A stretch of 63,350 bases of DNA, filler included, from Reclinomonas americana ATCC 50394 (lineage: Eukaryota): NCBI GenBank assembly GCA_048213135.1. It is 7 parts of 3 records of this genome, joined end to end, with 100 filler letters (N's around TTAATTAATTAA, not from the genome) between each part and the next. Parts side by side here need not be neighbours in the genome. Positions count along the whole stretch, not along the records: positions 21,548 to 30,616 come from PS015052.1; positions 30,717 to 39,311 come from PS015052.1; 5 more parts are not named here. One strand, 5' to 3'. This document shows positions 23,681 through 37,737 of this stretch, piece after piece. Position 1 is the first letter of the stretch. The number at the start of each line of letters is the position of its first letter. The notes below the pieces were generated by a model, which saw only the letters and a program-made list of their open reading frames with translations, did not search any database and was not told the DNA's origin. A program made the position numbers and the translations under genes.

Positions 23681-26600
23681 ATGGCCTCTCGACCTCCCCC
23701 TCCACCTCACTCAGCAACAACAACAACAACTCCTTCGCTGCCAATGTCTGCCTTTTCTCCGTGCGACGACGAGAAAGCAGACATGATGCTCGTCGACAGC
23801 AAGCAGCATGTGACGACGATGATGATGATGCATTCCTCCTCTCCATCCATCAACAGCAACGATGATGAGGAGAAGAAGAAGAGTGCATCGGAGTCGTCTG
23901 CTCATCGTGGTGTGCCTGCGATGGCGAGGCGACGAGTGCCTGTCTCTTCCTCCTCCTCTTCTTCTTCCACGTCTATCNNNNNNNNNNNNNNNNNNNNNNN
24001 NNNNNNNNNNNNNNNNNNNNNNNNNNNNNNNNNNNNNNNNNNNNNNNNNNNNNNNNNNNNNNNNNNNNNNNNNNNNNNNNNNNNNNNNNNNNNNNNNNNN
24101 NNNNNNNNNNNNNNNNNNNNNNNNNNNNNCTGATTGTGTGTCGTCCCAAGATTAGCATGTATCTCACTGAATTCTCTCTCTCTCTCTCTCTCTTGGCATG
24201 ATTGCGCAGCAACGCGCGAGGAGGCGGCGAGTCGACTCGTCTCAGGTGGATCACAGCGAGGACTTGCTTGCACGTGATTCAGTTGAGACATCGGTCCGCA
24301 AGCGTTCTCTGGAGGTGAGCTTCTTTGAGGCATGCGTTTCAGTTGCCTCTCTCTTGTGCATCGCAGTTGACAGCTGATGCTCCCTTCATTCTCTGCAGGT
24401 GGATGCATCCAGCGACGATGAGATTGCACCGCCGAAGAAGAAGAAGAAGGTTGGATTCTCTGTCATTGTCATTGTTGTGTTCGTTCATCGATCTGCCTGT
24501 GGGTTCCATGTGTCAATGATTCATGTTGTGATTCACAGCGTGGCAAGACTCTAGCTGCGAAAGAGCCAGTGGAGTTGAACACAGACGAGAGGCTGTTGCT
24601 GAACAAGCTGCTTGTTGCGTGTGCTTGTCACTCTGTCATCATTGCAACCCAGCTCTCTCCTCCTTCTCCTTGTTGCACTCACCATTCTATCTGTGTCACT
24701 TGTAGCGATTCAATCGAAAGAGAGTTCTGGTGAAGGCATTCGGGTTGATGGCACCCATTGTTCGGGAATCCACTGTCATCCACCATCAGAGTGTTCTCTT
24801 TGATATTGCCTGGGACGACTGCGGGATTCCATTGTCGGAGCCGAATCGCGCGTCGTCTGCAGTCAAGTGTGCGATTGGCAAGAGCCTCGGTGAGACTGCC
24901 AGTCATTCACGCGCCAAAACGCCCAAATCAGTGGAGAGTGTGCTCAAGAGCGTGAGCAACTACATCGAGGTGAGCAAGCATGTGTGCGTATGAACGACCA
25001 TGACATGTGAACCAACATGCAGATGATTGTAATCCTGCAGATGAGCCAGCTCAGTGGCGCGGCGCTGGTGGATGCTGTTGAGAGACCACTGATTGTGGTG
25101 GATGAGCGCGGGTATTCGGAGGTGAGTTTGTTTTTCGCGATCCCCTGTATCTGCTGTGATCACGTCTACTGATCTTCGCTCACTTGGCTTGTATGTGCCA
25201 GGGATCGTGGGAGAGATTGCCAACAGGATTCAAGAACAAGAAAGATCATCTTCTGCCATATGTCGAGCCGGCCATGGATGCATTACGCGAATGCGATGGT
25301 CTCATGACTGCTCTGCTTCGAGACAATCACCTCACTGAGGTTGAGATAGCACGTGCCGTCACGTGGTGCCGATCGAAAGGTCTGCAATCTCATACCGCTG
25401 TTGGTGTTGCTGGTGTTGGTGTTGACCAGCACCACGCAGAGTATGGCGATGTGAAGATGGAGGTGAAGAAGGAGGAAAATGACGGAGAGGGTGATGTCGT
25501 CAAGTTCGAAGACGATGACATCAAGGTACGGAGCAATAGTGTGGGAGCATCAAATGCTGCGGGCGCGCTAGTCTTCGTGGACTTGGTCGACCATCGATAT
25601 CTTTCTTGTTCACAGGACGATGACGGAGGAACAAAGCCGAGCAAGGTACGGCGATGCCCGATGTTTGTGGATGGTTGGTGAGGCAGGTGTTGATTGTGAA
25701 TGTTGGATGGGGTATGCACTTGCAGCGCGTCAAGAGTGGTCGCCGCGTGCCGGATGTGGATTTGAGCAAGGACGAGCAGATGGTGCTGGACAGACTGCAT
25801 GTTGCGTGTGTATGTCCACTGCACCTCAGCAATGCAGAGTGATTGACTCTGCCATGTCTTTGCCTGTCATAACACCTGACTTGTGCATGTGTGTGAATAG
25901 CGATGCAACAAGAAGAAGATACTGGTGATGGCATTCGGCATCATGGCGCCCATTGTGAAGGCATCCACAGTCTTGCATCATCAGCGGGTTCTGTTTGAAC
26001 TCGCCTACACGGAGTGTGGCATTCCTTCGTCAGGAGCTGGCAGTCCATCGTCCGCAGTTATGGAAGCATTCAGCAAGAGTCTTGGCTGTTTCGTCCAAGG
26101 CGCACGCACCAACACACCCAAGTCTGTTGAAGGAGTGCTCCAGAGCATGAGCAACTTCATCGAGGTGAGCATCTGTCTGTTCTGTCTATCTCTCACGCGG
26201 CTAGAAAGTAAGCCAATATCGATGCATGCGCAACTGTGCAGAAGAGTGAACTGCGCGGTGCTGCTCTGGCAGATGTCATTGAGAGACCACTTATTGTGGT
26301 GGATGAACGGGGCTATTCAGAGGTGTGCCGACTGTCCTTTGTGCTATTCGCATTTCTTGGTTTGTGTCGACTCACTTGCTTTGTGCAGGAATCATGGAAA
26401 ATGATGGAGATGAAGCAGAAGAAAAACGACCAACTCCTGCCGCTTGTCATCCAAGCCGCGCAGGCCTTACGTGACTGTCCTGGCTTGCACGCGTCGCTGA
26501 TTCGAGACGGCTGTCTCTCCGAGGAGGAGATCGAACGGGCCGTCGAGTGGTGTGGCGAAAGAGGTTTGATGGCGTCGGATGCGTTCTACTGTGTGCATTG

Positions 26601-29600
26601 TGTTAGGACTGACAGGCGAGATGCAGCACTGCTGGAGGCGAAGGTGGTGAAAAAAGAGAGATGAAGGTGGAGAAGGAGGAATGGGTAGATGATTCAAGGG
26701 TCGATGGGGAAGACGATGCAGACGACGACATGGATGAGGCTGACAGGAGCAAGGTATGATCATGGATGATCGGGCAGGTGCACGTTGTGGCAACATCTCA
26801 TCTGTACATGCTCAGCGACGAGGGACTGGTTCTGTGACAATGAGCAAGGACGAACAACTGATGCTGGCAAGGCTGCTTGTTGCGTGTGTTTGCAGTCGAG
26901 TGTCCTTGCGTAAGTCGTCTTGCTCATTGTGTGTTAATCGCACCATCCATGTGTTCCATGCGAGAGCAGTGCTGCAACAAGAAGAAGATACTGGTGACGG
27001 CATTCGGCATCATGGCAACCGTTGTGCTGCCAGGCACTGTCCGTCATCATCAGCGCGTTCTTGTTGAACTCGCCTGTGAGGAGTGTGGCATCCTTTCATC
27101 GAAAGCAGGACGGCTTTCGACGGCAGTCGTGAGCTCATTTGGCAAGAGTCTTGGCACGTTTGTCAGTATAGCACGCACCAAGACGCCCAAGTCAGTTGAG
27201 GGTGTGCTCCAGATGATGAGCGACTTTATCGAGGTGAGCAGCGATCATCTTCTTGCGCAAGTCTATCAATGATGAGCGCTAACATATGTGCCATTATGCA
27301 GAAGAGTGAACTGTGCGATGCGGCTCTGGCGGATGCCATTGAGAGGCCGCTGTTTGTATTGGATGAACGTGGTCATTCGGAGGTGTGGCTTACCCGCGCT
27401 CAGTGAGCTCTGCGCACGCGTTGTTTCTCACGTTCTGTGCTTTTGCAATTCGGATGTCAGGAGTCGTCACGCTTGGCGAGGGCGCAGCACATCAACAAGC
27501 ACAGTCCCTTTATGCCGTTCGTCACACAGGCTGTGGATGCTTTCCACCACTGCCCGGGTATGCAGGCCACTCTGCTTCGAGATGGATGCCTTTACGAGGC
27601 GGAGATTACTCGTGCCGTCAAGTGGTGCCGTGAACGAGGTTTGGTTGCGTGACACACATTGTTGCAATTTGTGAATACTCTGACGAACAGGCGACAGCTC
27701 TGAGGGAGATGGAGACGGCGAAGAGAGAGAATAAGAAAGAGGACGACGATGATGATGACGGCAGCGAGAATGAGGACGATGGCGGGAAGGGAAACAGGAG
27801 ACACAAGGTACGTTCGTCACTGCTATCTATATAATGAGACGTGAATGATGCAAAAACTGCGCGGTACTCAATCGCAGCGCCACAAGAGTGGTCTTTCGAA
27901 ATTGAGCATCAACGAGCAACTTGTGCTGGCGAAACTGCTTGTTGCGTATTGTTGTTGTTGCTTCTCTGCTCGGCTCCTCATTCCCACTCACCCAACGAAC
28001 ATGCGAGCAGGGTTGCAACAGGAAGAGGGTTCTGGTGAACGCATTCGGTCTCATGGCACCTGTGGTTATGGGATGCACAGTCCTCCATCATCAGCGCCTT
28101 CTCGTCCCGCTTGCCTTTGACGAATGCGGAATACCCTCAAGGGGGCCTGGCTGTCCGTCATCCGCAGTCTTGTCTGCATTCAGCAAGAGCCTTTCAGGCA
28201 GTGCCGACGCTACACGCAGCAAGACGCCCAAGTCAGTGGAGGGCGTGCTTGAGAGTGTGAGCAACTTCATAGAGGTACGTGTCCCTGTGTTGACATTCAA
28301 CAGTGACGTACCTGCCAGCTGACCTGACCTGCCTTCCATTGCGTGCATGTGGAATCATTAGAAAAGCGGACTTCGAGGAGCTGCACTGGTGGATGCTGTC
28401 GAGAGACCACATATTATTATTGCCGACCTTGGCCATTCTGAGGCATGCGGACTGTGATTTGTGCATTGATGTGCATCAATGATGTTGTCTCACTTTCTCG
28501 TTTCTCGGGTGGCAGGAATCAGCCAAGCTGACGCAGATAAACGGCAAGCAAAACGTTCTTCTGCCGTTCGTGACACAGGCCATGCAAGCTCTTCGCAACT
28601 GTGCTGGCCTGCTGGCTGCTCTGCTCCGAGACGGTTGTCTGTCTGAGGCGGAGATTGCACGTGCCGCCGAGTGGTGCAGTGAGCGAGGTTTGGCTGCGTG
28701 ACACACATTGTTGTACAGTGTGAACGGTGCTGACAAGCAAGTGACCAGTCATCAGGGAGATGGAGATGAAGAAAGAGGAGAAGGGAAAGGACGACGAGCA
28801 GGCGGATGATGATGACGACGGCAGCGAGAATGAGGACGATGATGGGGAGGGCAACAGGAGCCACAAGGTACGCCCGTCTCTCTTTCTATGAGATGTGAAT
28901 GATGCGTGCATTTCAAAACTGCATGGTTCTCAACCACAGCGCCACAAGAGTGGCCCTGCGATATTGAGCATCAACGAGCAGCTACTGCTCACGAGACTAC
29001 ATGTTGTGTGTTGTTGTTACCTCTCTGCTCGGCTCCTCCCGCCCACTCACCCCCCGCACTTGCAAGCAGGGTTGCAACAAGAAGAGTATACTGGTGAAGG
29101 CATTCGGTCTCATGGCATCCGTGGTACTGAGAGCCACTGTCCTCCATCATTGGCGAGTTATCGTTCAACTTGCCTGTGACGATTGCGGAATACCTTCAAA
29201 GGGACCGGGCAGTCCTTCATTCGCAGTCATGTCAACATTTGGGAAGAGTCTTGCCAAAAGTGCCAACGCGGCACGCAACAAGACGCCCAAGTCAGTTGAG
29301 GGTGTACTAGCGAGCGTGAGCAACTTCATCGAGGTGAGTGTAGGTGTCCTGTGCTGTTTCACCATCAATTGATACGTGGCTGGTGACTGACTTGAGTTCA
29401 ATATATGCGAGATTATCAGAAGAGCGGTCTTCGAGGAGCTGCGCTGGTGGATGCTGTCGAGAGACCACTGATTGTGATTGACGAACATGGCCACTGTGAG
29501 GCATGTCTTCTGGATGTGTGGTTCTGTGGGTCGATTACAGCATTCTCACAATGCGTACTCTCGGGTGGCAGGAATCGGCAAAGTCGTTGAGGGGAGGCCA

Positions 29601-29824
29601 TCAAAATTCTCTTCTGTCATTTGTCACGCAGGCCATGCAGCTGCTCCATAACTGTCCCGGCCTGCTGGCCGCTCTGCTTCTTGACGGGTGCCTTTCAAAG
29701 GCGGAGATTGCGCGTGCTGGTGAGTGCTCCACATGGAAAGATCTCGATGCACCTGCTGCTGTTTCATGTCGTGCCATCACCCGCACTGACTCGTATGATG
29801 CAGTGCTGGATGACAAGAAGCCAG
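23681..29824 (+). CDS. Five-module repeat family, copy B (modules start ~24539, 25725, 26815, 27878, 28940); 3' end in the gap; frameshifted linker in module 2
   Basis: Begins MASRPPPPP, followed by an NLS-like PPKKKK exon and five iterations of the same 5-exon cassette. Confidence 0.75.
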
Positions 29825-30317
29825 NNNNNNNNNNNNNNNNNNNNNNNNNNNNNNNNNNNNNNNNNNNNNNNNNNNNNNNNNNNNNNNNNNNNNNNNNNNN
29901 NNNNNNNNNNNNNNNNNNNNNNNNNNNNNNNGTCTGCGTCTCTTCCTCGGTATCCATCGAGGCGATGGTGCCATGATGCAGCTGCTCATGTGCTCTGCTG
30001 TTCCCAGTGAGGTGTTATTGTCCATCAGCATATTAGCACCAGCTTCCCCTGATCCATGTTCTCTCCGCAAGAGAGAGATCTAAAACTAAGAGACATGCGT
30101 AGCTGGTCATGGAGAACAATCGCAGCTGACGATGCACCCAACATTGTCACGTTCTCTGACCCTCTCCCCTTCTCACCACTTCTTCCCCTCCCTTCATATC
30201 ACGACTTGTCACCTTTTCATCTTGCTGTTCGGATCAACGAATTCTCTGTCACTCTCTTCGTTTCTTGCATCACGCAGTGCGCGCGTGTGTGCGAAACAAC
30301 AGCAAAGACACACACGA

Positions 30318-30616
30318 ATGGCCTCTCGACCTCCTCCTCCGCCTCCACGCCCTCACTCAACAACAACAACAACAACTCCTTCGCTGCCAATGTCTGCCTT
30401 TTCTCCGTGCGACGACGAGAAAGCAGACATGATGCTCGTCGACAGCAAGCACCACGTGACCCGTACGATGATGACGATGCATTCCTCCTCTCTCTCCATC
30501 AACATCAACGATGATGAGGATGAGATGAAGAAGAAGAGTGCATTGTGGTCGTCTGCTCATCGTGGTGTGCCTGCGATGGCGAGGCGACGAGTGCCAGTCT
30601 CCTCTTCCTCTTCTTC
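30318..30616 (+). CDS. Five-module repeat family, copy C (first exon, cut by scaffold end)
   Basis: MASRPPPPPPRPHSTTTTTTPSLPMSAFSPCDDEKADMMLVDSK..., ~500 bp downstream of copy B in tandem. Confidence 0.7.
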
Positions 30617-30717
30617 NNNNNNNNNNNNNNNNNNNNNNNNNNNNNNNNNNNNNNNNNNNNTTAATTAATTAANNNNNNNNNNNNNNNNNNNNNNNNNNNN
30701 NNNNNNNNNNNNNNNNG

Positions 30718-30719
<2 letters not shown>

Positions 30720-30798
<79 letters not shown>
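30720..30798. repeat. (GT)n microsatellite in the first intron of the repeat family
   Basis: Perfect GT run. Copy E's first donor also runs into GT repeats at 46749. Other microsatellites lie at 21387, 44810, 49040 and 63191. Confidence 0.95.
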
Positions 30799-30801
<3 letters not shown>

Positions 30802-31057
30802 ATCTCTTTCCTTGTTCCTGTTGCACTTGCGTGTTGCCGCTGTTTCTCTTTGTGCCCTTCATGTGGCCACAGCTGTGCGTGCTTTTTCTCACTCTCCCCT
30901 GCGTGTGTTTTTTGGTGACTGTGTCGAGCTCCGCATCTGCTTTCCTCTCAATGTGATGATGATGGAGAGTGCAACGATTCTCTCCTCCTCCTCCTCCTCC
31001 TCCTCCTACCTCCTACCTCCTTCTCATGAATTGTCGTTGTTTCATTTTCTGTTGCAG

Positions 31058-34000
31058 AACCAGCTGGCTTCCTGAAGGACAAGAAGAAGAAGAAGTACAC
31101 CGACGAGACCACAGCCGCCATTGCCGCTGCCCGACGTGACGCTGAGCAGGGTGCGTCTCTCTCTCTCCCTCCTTCTTGCTGTCTGTGGTGTTCTCGCGTC
31201 ACGTGTTGTCTCAGCTGGGCCGTGCATGTACACAGCTGCTGACCAGGAGCAAATGGAGCACACATCGATGGAAGGCATCGTCGAGGTACAGTGATTGTTT
31301 GTGTCATCCCAGATCGGCATGTATCTCACTTTTCTCTCTCTCTTTCTCGCTCATGGCATGATTGCACAGCAACGCGCGAGGAGACAGCGAGTCGACTCGT
31401 CTCAGGTGGATCACAGCGAGGACTTGCCTGCACGTGATTCAGTTGACACATCGGTCCGCAAGCGTTCTCTGGAGGTGAGGTCCGACGAGGCACGCGTCTC
31501 ACGTGCCTCCCGCTTGTGCATCGCAGTTAGCACCTGATGTTTTCTCTTCATTCTCTGCAGGTGGATGCATCCAGCGAGGACGAGCTTGCACCGCCGAGAA
31601 AGAGCAAGAAGAAGGTTTGGATAGCTTCATTGTCATCTCTGTGTTCGCTCATCGATCTGCCTTTGGGTTCCATGTGTCAATGCTGCATGCTATGAATTCT
31701 CAGCGAGGCAAGGCGCAAGCTGCGAAAAGCTCAGTGGAATTGAGCGCAGACGAGAAGCTGCTGCTGAACAAGCTGCTTGTTGCGTGTGCATGCTCTCTGT
31801 CATCTTTTTAACCCATGGCCACCTTGATCCTCCTTCTCGTCGATGTACTCACCATTCTTACTGTGTCTCTCGCAGCGATGCAATCGGAAGAGGATTCTGG
31901 TGAAGGCATTCGGCCTGATGGCATCGATTGTTCAGCAATCCACTGTCCTCCACCATCAGAGTGTTCTCTTTGAGCTTGCCTGCGACGAATGCGGGGTTCC
32001 ATTGTCGGAGCCGGGTCGCACGTCGTCTGCAGTCAAGAGTGCATTTGGCAAGAGACTTGGCTGGACTGCAAGTGATTCGCGCAGCAAAACGCCCAAATCT
32101 GTGGAGGGCGTGCTGAAGAGCGTGAGCAACTACACCGAGGTGAGCAAGCATGTGTAACTGAATGACCATGGCATGTTGAACCAACATGCAGATGATTGCA
32201 ATCTGCAGATGAGCCAGCTCAGTGGCGCGGCTCTGGTGGATGCGATTGAGAGACCACTCATTGTGGTGGACGAGCGCGGGTATTCGGAGGTGCGTTCTTC
32301 TGTGTCTGTTGTGATAATGTCAGCTGACTTACGTTCACTCGGCTTGTATGTGCCAGGAATCGTGGGAGAGATTGCCTCTTCATTCCAAGACCAAGAAGGA
32401 CCACCTTCAGCCATTTGTCAAGCACGCCATGAAAGCGATGCGCGAGTGCGGTTGTCTCATGGCTGCTCTGCTTCGAAACAATCACCTCACTGAGGCCGAG
32501 ATATCACGCGCCGTCACGTGGTGCCGATCGAAAGGTCTGCAATCTCATACCGCTGTTGGTGTTGCTTGCACTGGTGTTGACCAGCACCACGCAGAATATG
32601 GCGATGTGAAGATGGTGGTGAAGAAGGAGGAGGAAAATGACGGAGAGGGCGATGCCGTCAATTTCGAAGACGATGACGTCAAGGTACGAGCAACAAAAGC
32701 TGCGGGCGCGCAAGTGTTCGTGGACTTGGTCGACCATCGATATCTTGTGCGTTCATAGGCGGATGCGGAGAGTGACAATGACGGAGAAACAAAGCCGAGC
32801 AAGGTACGGCGATGCCCGATGTTTGTGGATGGTTGGTGAGGCAGGTGTTGATTGTGGATATTACACGGGGTATGCACTTGCAGCGCCTCAAGAGTGGTCG
32901 TCGTGTGCCGGATGTGGATTTGAGCAAGGACGAGCAGATGGTGCTGGACAGACTGCTTGTTGCGTGTGCGTGTCCACTGCACCTCAGCAAGGCAGAGTGA
33001 TTGACTCTGCCATGTGGCTGCCTGTCATAACACCTGCGCGTGTGTGCGTAAATGCGTGCGAACAGCGATGCAACAAGAAGAACATACTGGTGATGGCATT
33101 CGGCATCATGGCGCCGATTGTGAAACGAAACGCAGTCTTGCATCATCAGCGGGTTCTGTTTGAACTCGCCTGCACGGAGTGTGGCATTCCTTCGTCAGGA
33201 GCTGGCTCTCCGTCATCAGCAGTAATGGAAGCATTCGGCAAGAGCCTCGGCAAGCTCGCACGCACCACCACACCCAGGTCAGTTGAAGAAGGGCTCCAGA
33301 GCATGAGCAAATTCATCGAGGTGAGTATCTGTCTGTTCTGTCTATCTCGCGCGACTGGAATGTGAGCCAACATCATTGCATGCACAACTCTTGCAGAAGA
33401 GTGAACTGCGCGGTGCTTCTCTGGTGGATGCCATTGAGAGACCACTGATTGTGGTGGATGAACGTGGGCATTCAGAGGTGTGCCGACGTTCTCTTGTGGT
33501 CCTTGCATTTCGCGGTTTGTGTTGACTCACGTGCATCTTTCACGATGTCGGTCGTGTTGCAGGAATCATGGAAAATGATGGAGATGAAGCAGAAGAAAAA
33601 CGACCATCTCCTGCCGTTCATTGTGCAGGCCGCGCAGGCCCTGCGTGAATGTCCTGGCTTTCGGACGATTCTGATTCGAGACGGCTGTCTCTCCAAGGAG
33701 GAGATCGAACGGGCCGTCGAGTGGTGCAGTGAAAGAGGTTTGATGGCATCGGATGCGCTTCTACTGTGTGCATAGTGTTAGGACTGACGAGTAAGATGCA
33801 GCTCTACTTGAGGCGACGGTGCCGAAGAAAGAAGAGATGAAGGAGGAAGAGGAGGAGGAGGAGGAGGAACAGGAGGATGATTCAAGGGTCGGCAGGGAAG
33901 ACGATGAAGACGACGACATGGATGAGGCTGACAGGAGGAAGGTATGGTCATGGATGATGGGACAAGTGCACGTTGTGGCATCATCTCATCTGTACATGCA

Positions 34001-37000
34001 CAGCGACGAGGGAGTGGTCCTGCAACAATGAGCAGGGACGAACAACTGATGCTGGCAAGGCTGCTTGTTGCGTGTGTTTGCAGTCGAGTGTCCTTGCGTA
34101 AGTCGTCTTGCTCATTGTGTGTTAATCGCACCACCCATGTGTTCATGCGAGAGCAGTGCTGCAACAAGAAGAAGATATTGGTGACGACATTCGGCATCAT
34201 GGCGCCGTGTGTGATAGGATCCACGGTCCGTCATTACCAGCGCGTTCTTGTTGAACTCGCCTGCAAGGAGTGTGGCATGCCTTCATCGAAAGCAGGACGG
34301 CTTTCGTCGGCAGTCGTGAGCCCTTTCGGCCAGAGTCTTGGGCATGTCGTCGAATCTGCACGCAGGAAGACGCCCAAGTCGGTTGATGGAGTGCTCCAGA
34401 TGTTGAGCAACTTTGTCGAGGTGAGTATCGTCTATATCTCTCGACTAAATCGAAGGCCATCATTTCTAATGTATGTGCCACTATGCAGAAGAGTGAACTG
34501 CGCGATGCGGCTCTGGCGGATGCCATTGAGAGGCCGCTGTTTGTGTTGGATGAACGTGGTCATTCGGAGGTGTGTAGCTTCCCCGCGCTCAGTGTGCTCA
34601 GCGCACCCGTTGTTTCTCACGTTCTGTGTATGTGAATTCGGATGTCAGGAGTCGTCACGCTTGCCAGGGATGAAGCGCAACATACAGAATCCTTTTCTGC
34701 CATTCGTGACACAGGCCGTGGATGCTCTCCACAACTGCCCGGGTCTGCTGGCCATTCTGCGTCGAGACGGTTCTCTTTCCGAGGCGGATANNNNNNNNNN
34801 NNNNNNNNNNTTACTCGTGCCGTCAAGTGGTGCAGTGAACGAGGTTTGGTTGCGTGACACACATTGTTGCAAAGTGTGCATACTCTGACGAACAGGCAAC
34901 AGCTCTGAAGGAGATGGAGATGATAAAGAGAGAAGAGAAGAGGGATGACGAGCAGGAGGATGATACCGGGAGCGAGAGTGAAGATGTCAACTCGGGAGAG
35001 AATGGCAGGAGCAAGGTACATTAGTCGCTGTGGCACGCAAAAGGTGAGTATCTAAACAATTCATTGTGTGCATTTCGCAGAGCCACAACAGTGGTCCTGG
35101 GAAGCTGAGCATCAACGAGCAACTGATGCTGGCGAAACTGCTTGTTGCGTGTTGCTGTTAACTCTGCACATGGCTGATAAAACAGTCGTGAACTCCTCAC
35201 TCCCATCTACCCGCATTTCTGTTGAGCAGGGTTGCAACAAGAAGAGGATACTGGTGAAGGCATTCGGCCTCACGGCACCCGTGGTGATGCCATCCACAGT
35301 CCTCCACCACCAGCGCCTTGTCTTTCAGCTTNNNNNNNNNNNNNNNNNNNNGCCTGTGATGAATGCGGAATGCCGTCAGAGGGACCTGGCTGTCCGTCAT
35401 CCGCAGCCATGTCTGCATTTGGCAAGAGTCTTGCCAATAGTACCAAAACGGCACGCAGCACGACGCCCAAATCAGTGGAGGGCGTGCTTGAGACAGTGAG
35501 CAACTTCATAGAAGTGAGTGTCTCTGTGTTGACTTTGTTTTTCATTCGACTGTGCCGCGCCTGCTTGCTGATCCGACATTCATGTGTATGTGGAATCATT
35601 AGAAAAGCGGTCTTCGAGGAGCTGAGCTGGCGAACGCTGTCGAGAGACCAATAATTGTGATTGACGAACGTGGCCATTCTGAGGCATGTGGACTGTGATT
35701 GTGTGCATCGATGTGCGTCAATTATGTTGTCTCACTTTCTCAATTCTCGGGTGGTAGGAATCAGCCAAGCTGACGCAGACAAGCAGCACGCAAAGTCCCC
35801 TTCTGCCGTTCGTCACTCAGGTCATGCAGGCTCTCCGCAATTGCCCTGGCCTTCTGGTCACTCTGCTGCGAGACGGTTGCCTCTCTGAGGAAGATATGGA
35901 GTGTGCTGTCGAGTGGTGCAGTGAACGAGGTTTGGCTGCGTGATGCGCATTGCTGTACAGTGTGAGCAGGTGCTGACAAGCAATGGACAGCTCTGAGGGA
36001 GATGGAGATGGTGAAGAAAGAGACGAAGGAAGAGTACGACGAACAGGCGGATGATGATGATGACGGCAGCGAGAATGAGGACGATGACGGGGAGGGGAAA
36101 AGGAGACACAAGGTACGCCCGTCACTGCTATCTACATAATGAGACGTGAATGATGTGTGCATTTCAAAAGCTGCGCGGTTCTCAATCACAGCGCCACAAG
36201 AGTGGTCTTGCAAAGTTGAGCGTCAACGAGCAACTGATGCTCATGAGACTACATGTTGCGTGTTGTTGTTGCCTCTCTGCTCGGCTCCTCACTCCCACTC
36301 ACCCAGCGAACATGCGAACAGGGCTGCAACAGGAAGATGGTGCTGGTGGAGGCATTCGGCCTCATGGCTCCCATGGTTGTGGCATCAACGATTCTCCATC
36401 ATAAGCGTGTTCTCTTCCAGCTTACCTGTGACGAATGCGGAATACCGTGTGAGGGACCGGGCTGTCCATCATCCGCAGTCATGTCTGCATTTGGGAAGAG
36501 TCTTGCCAAAAGTGCCAATGCGGCACGCTACAAGACGCCCAAATCTGTGGAGGGAGTGCTCAAGAGTGTTAGCTACTTCATCGAGGTGAGTGTCAGTGTT
36601 CTGTTTCTGTGTCGCCTCCGAACGCGACGTTCTGTTGACTGACTTGAGTTCAATATATGCGGGATCATCAGAAATGCGGTCTACGAGGAGCTGCGCTGCT
36701 GGATGCTGTCGAGAGACCACTGATTGTGATTGACGAACGTGGTTACTCTGAGGCATGTCTTCTGGATGTGTGGTTCTGTGGATCGATGCAAGCATGCTCA
36801 CAATGCGTACTCTCGGGTGGCAGGAATCGGCAAAGTCTTTGAGGGCAGGTCCTCCAAATTCCCTTCTGCCATTTGTCATGCAGGCCATGCAGCTGCTTCG
36901 CAACTGTCCAGGTCTACTGGCCACCTTGCTTCGAGACGGTTGTCTTTCGAAGGCGGAGATTGCGCGTGCTGGTGGGTGCTCCAAATGCACCAGTCTGGGA

Positions 37001-37123
37001 GCTTCTGTTGTTGTTGCATATCGTGCCACCTTCAGCACTGACTCGCATGATGCAGTGTTGGATGACGAGAAGCCGCTGAAGATGAAACTGGTGAAGAAAA
37101 AGGAGGAGGAGGAGGAGGACTAG
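31058..37123 (+). CDS. Five-module repeat family, copy D (exon 2 onward; modules start ~31703, 32884, 34003, 35081, 36192)
   Basis: EPAGFLKDKKKKKYTDE exon onward. Module-1 core exon 31876-32139 (88 codons), next exon 32209-32289 (27 codons); stop TAG 37121-37123. Confidence 0.8.
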
Positions 37124-37737
37124 GAGGAGGAGGAGGACTAGGAGGAGGAGGAGGAGGAGGACTGGGAAGAAAGGAGACTGTGTAGAGTATGCAATTCATG
37201 TTGGTGATGGAGGAGGAACTGGATGCGAAGAGCAACACGCTGTCGTGGATAGACGATAACCAGCCTATCGGTGCGTATGGGCAGGAGGCAAGAGGGAACA
37301 GAACGATATGTGCCGGTTTCGATGATTATTAGAAGAGAATGCAACGACCCAATGCACTGGAGTGCAGAGCGAGCTCCTTCTGTGGCGATGTGAGAAATGA
37401 GTGTCTCTCCGTGGTCTTCCCATTCATGCGTGCCATCGCAGGAGGAATCTCCTTGTACCACTGGAGAATTGACGTGGGCGAGCTCTCGAGCATGAATGAA
37501 AGAGATCGCTTATTTGTTACACTCCGTACAAGGCCACAGTTCTGTAATCCTCATCATCGCTGATCCCGAAGACGGCAGCTGAGCGCTGCGTGAACAAACA
37601 ATACAATTCATTTTCCAATAGTGCGATAAATGTCCACAAATCCCTCTCCGTGATCTTGATGACGATCCTGGACGGGGAGTCGCTCTCAACCACAAGCGCA
37701 TGTTCATTGATTCCCCGACACCACCGCCACTTCGCAT

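Noticed and set aside
24539-29824. Repeat modules as transposons, CRISPR arrays or stop-codon-recoded ORFs
   Set aside because: The stops fall inside phase-consistent spliceosomal introns. There are no transposase or RT motifs, terminal repeats or repeat-spacer structure, and conserved genes terminate with standard TAA/TAG/TGA.
37240-37730. Short ORFs between copy D and the C45 3' end
   Set aside because: No recognisable motif or clear exon structure.
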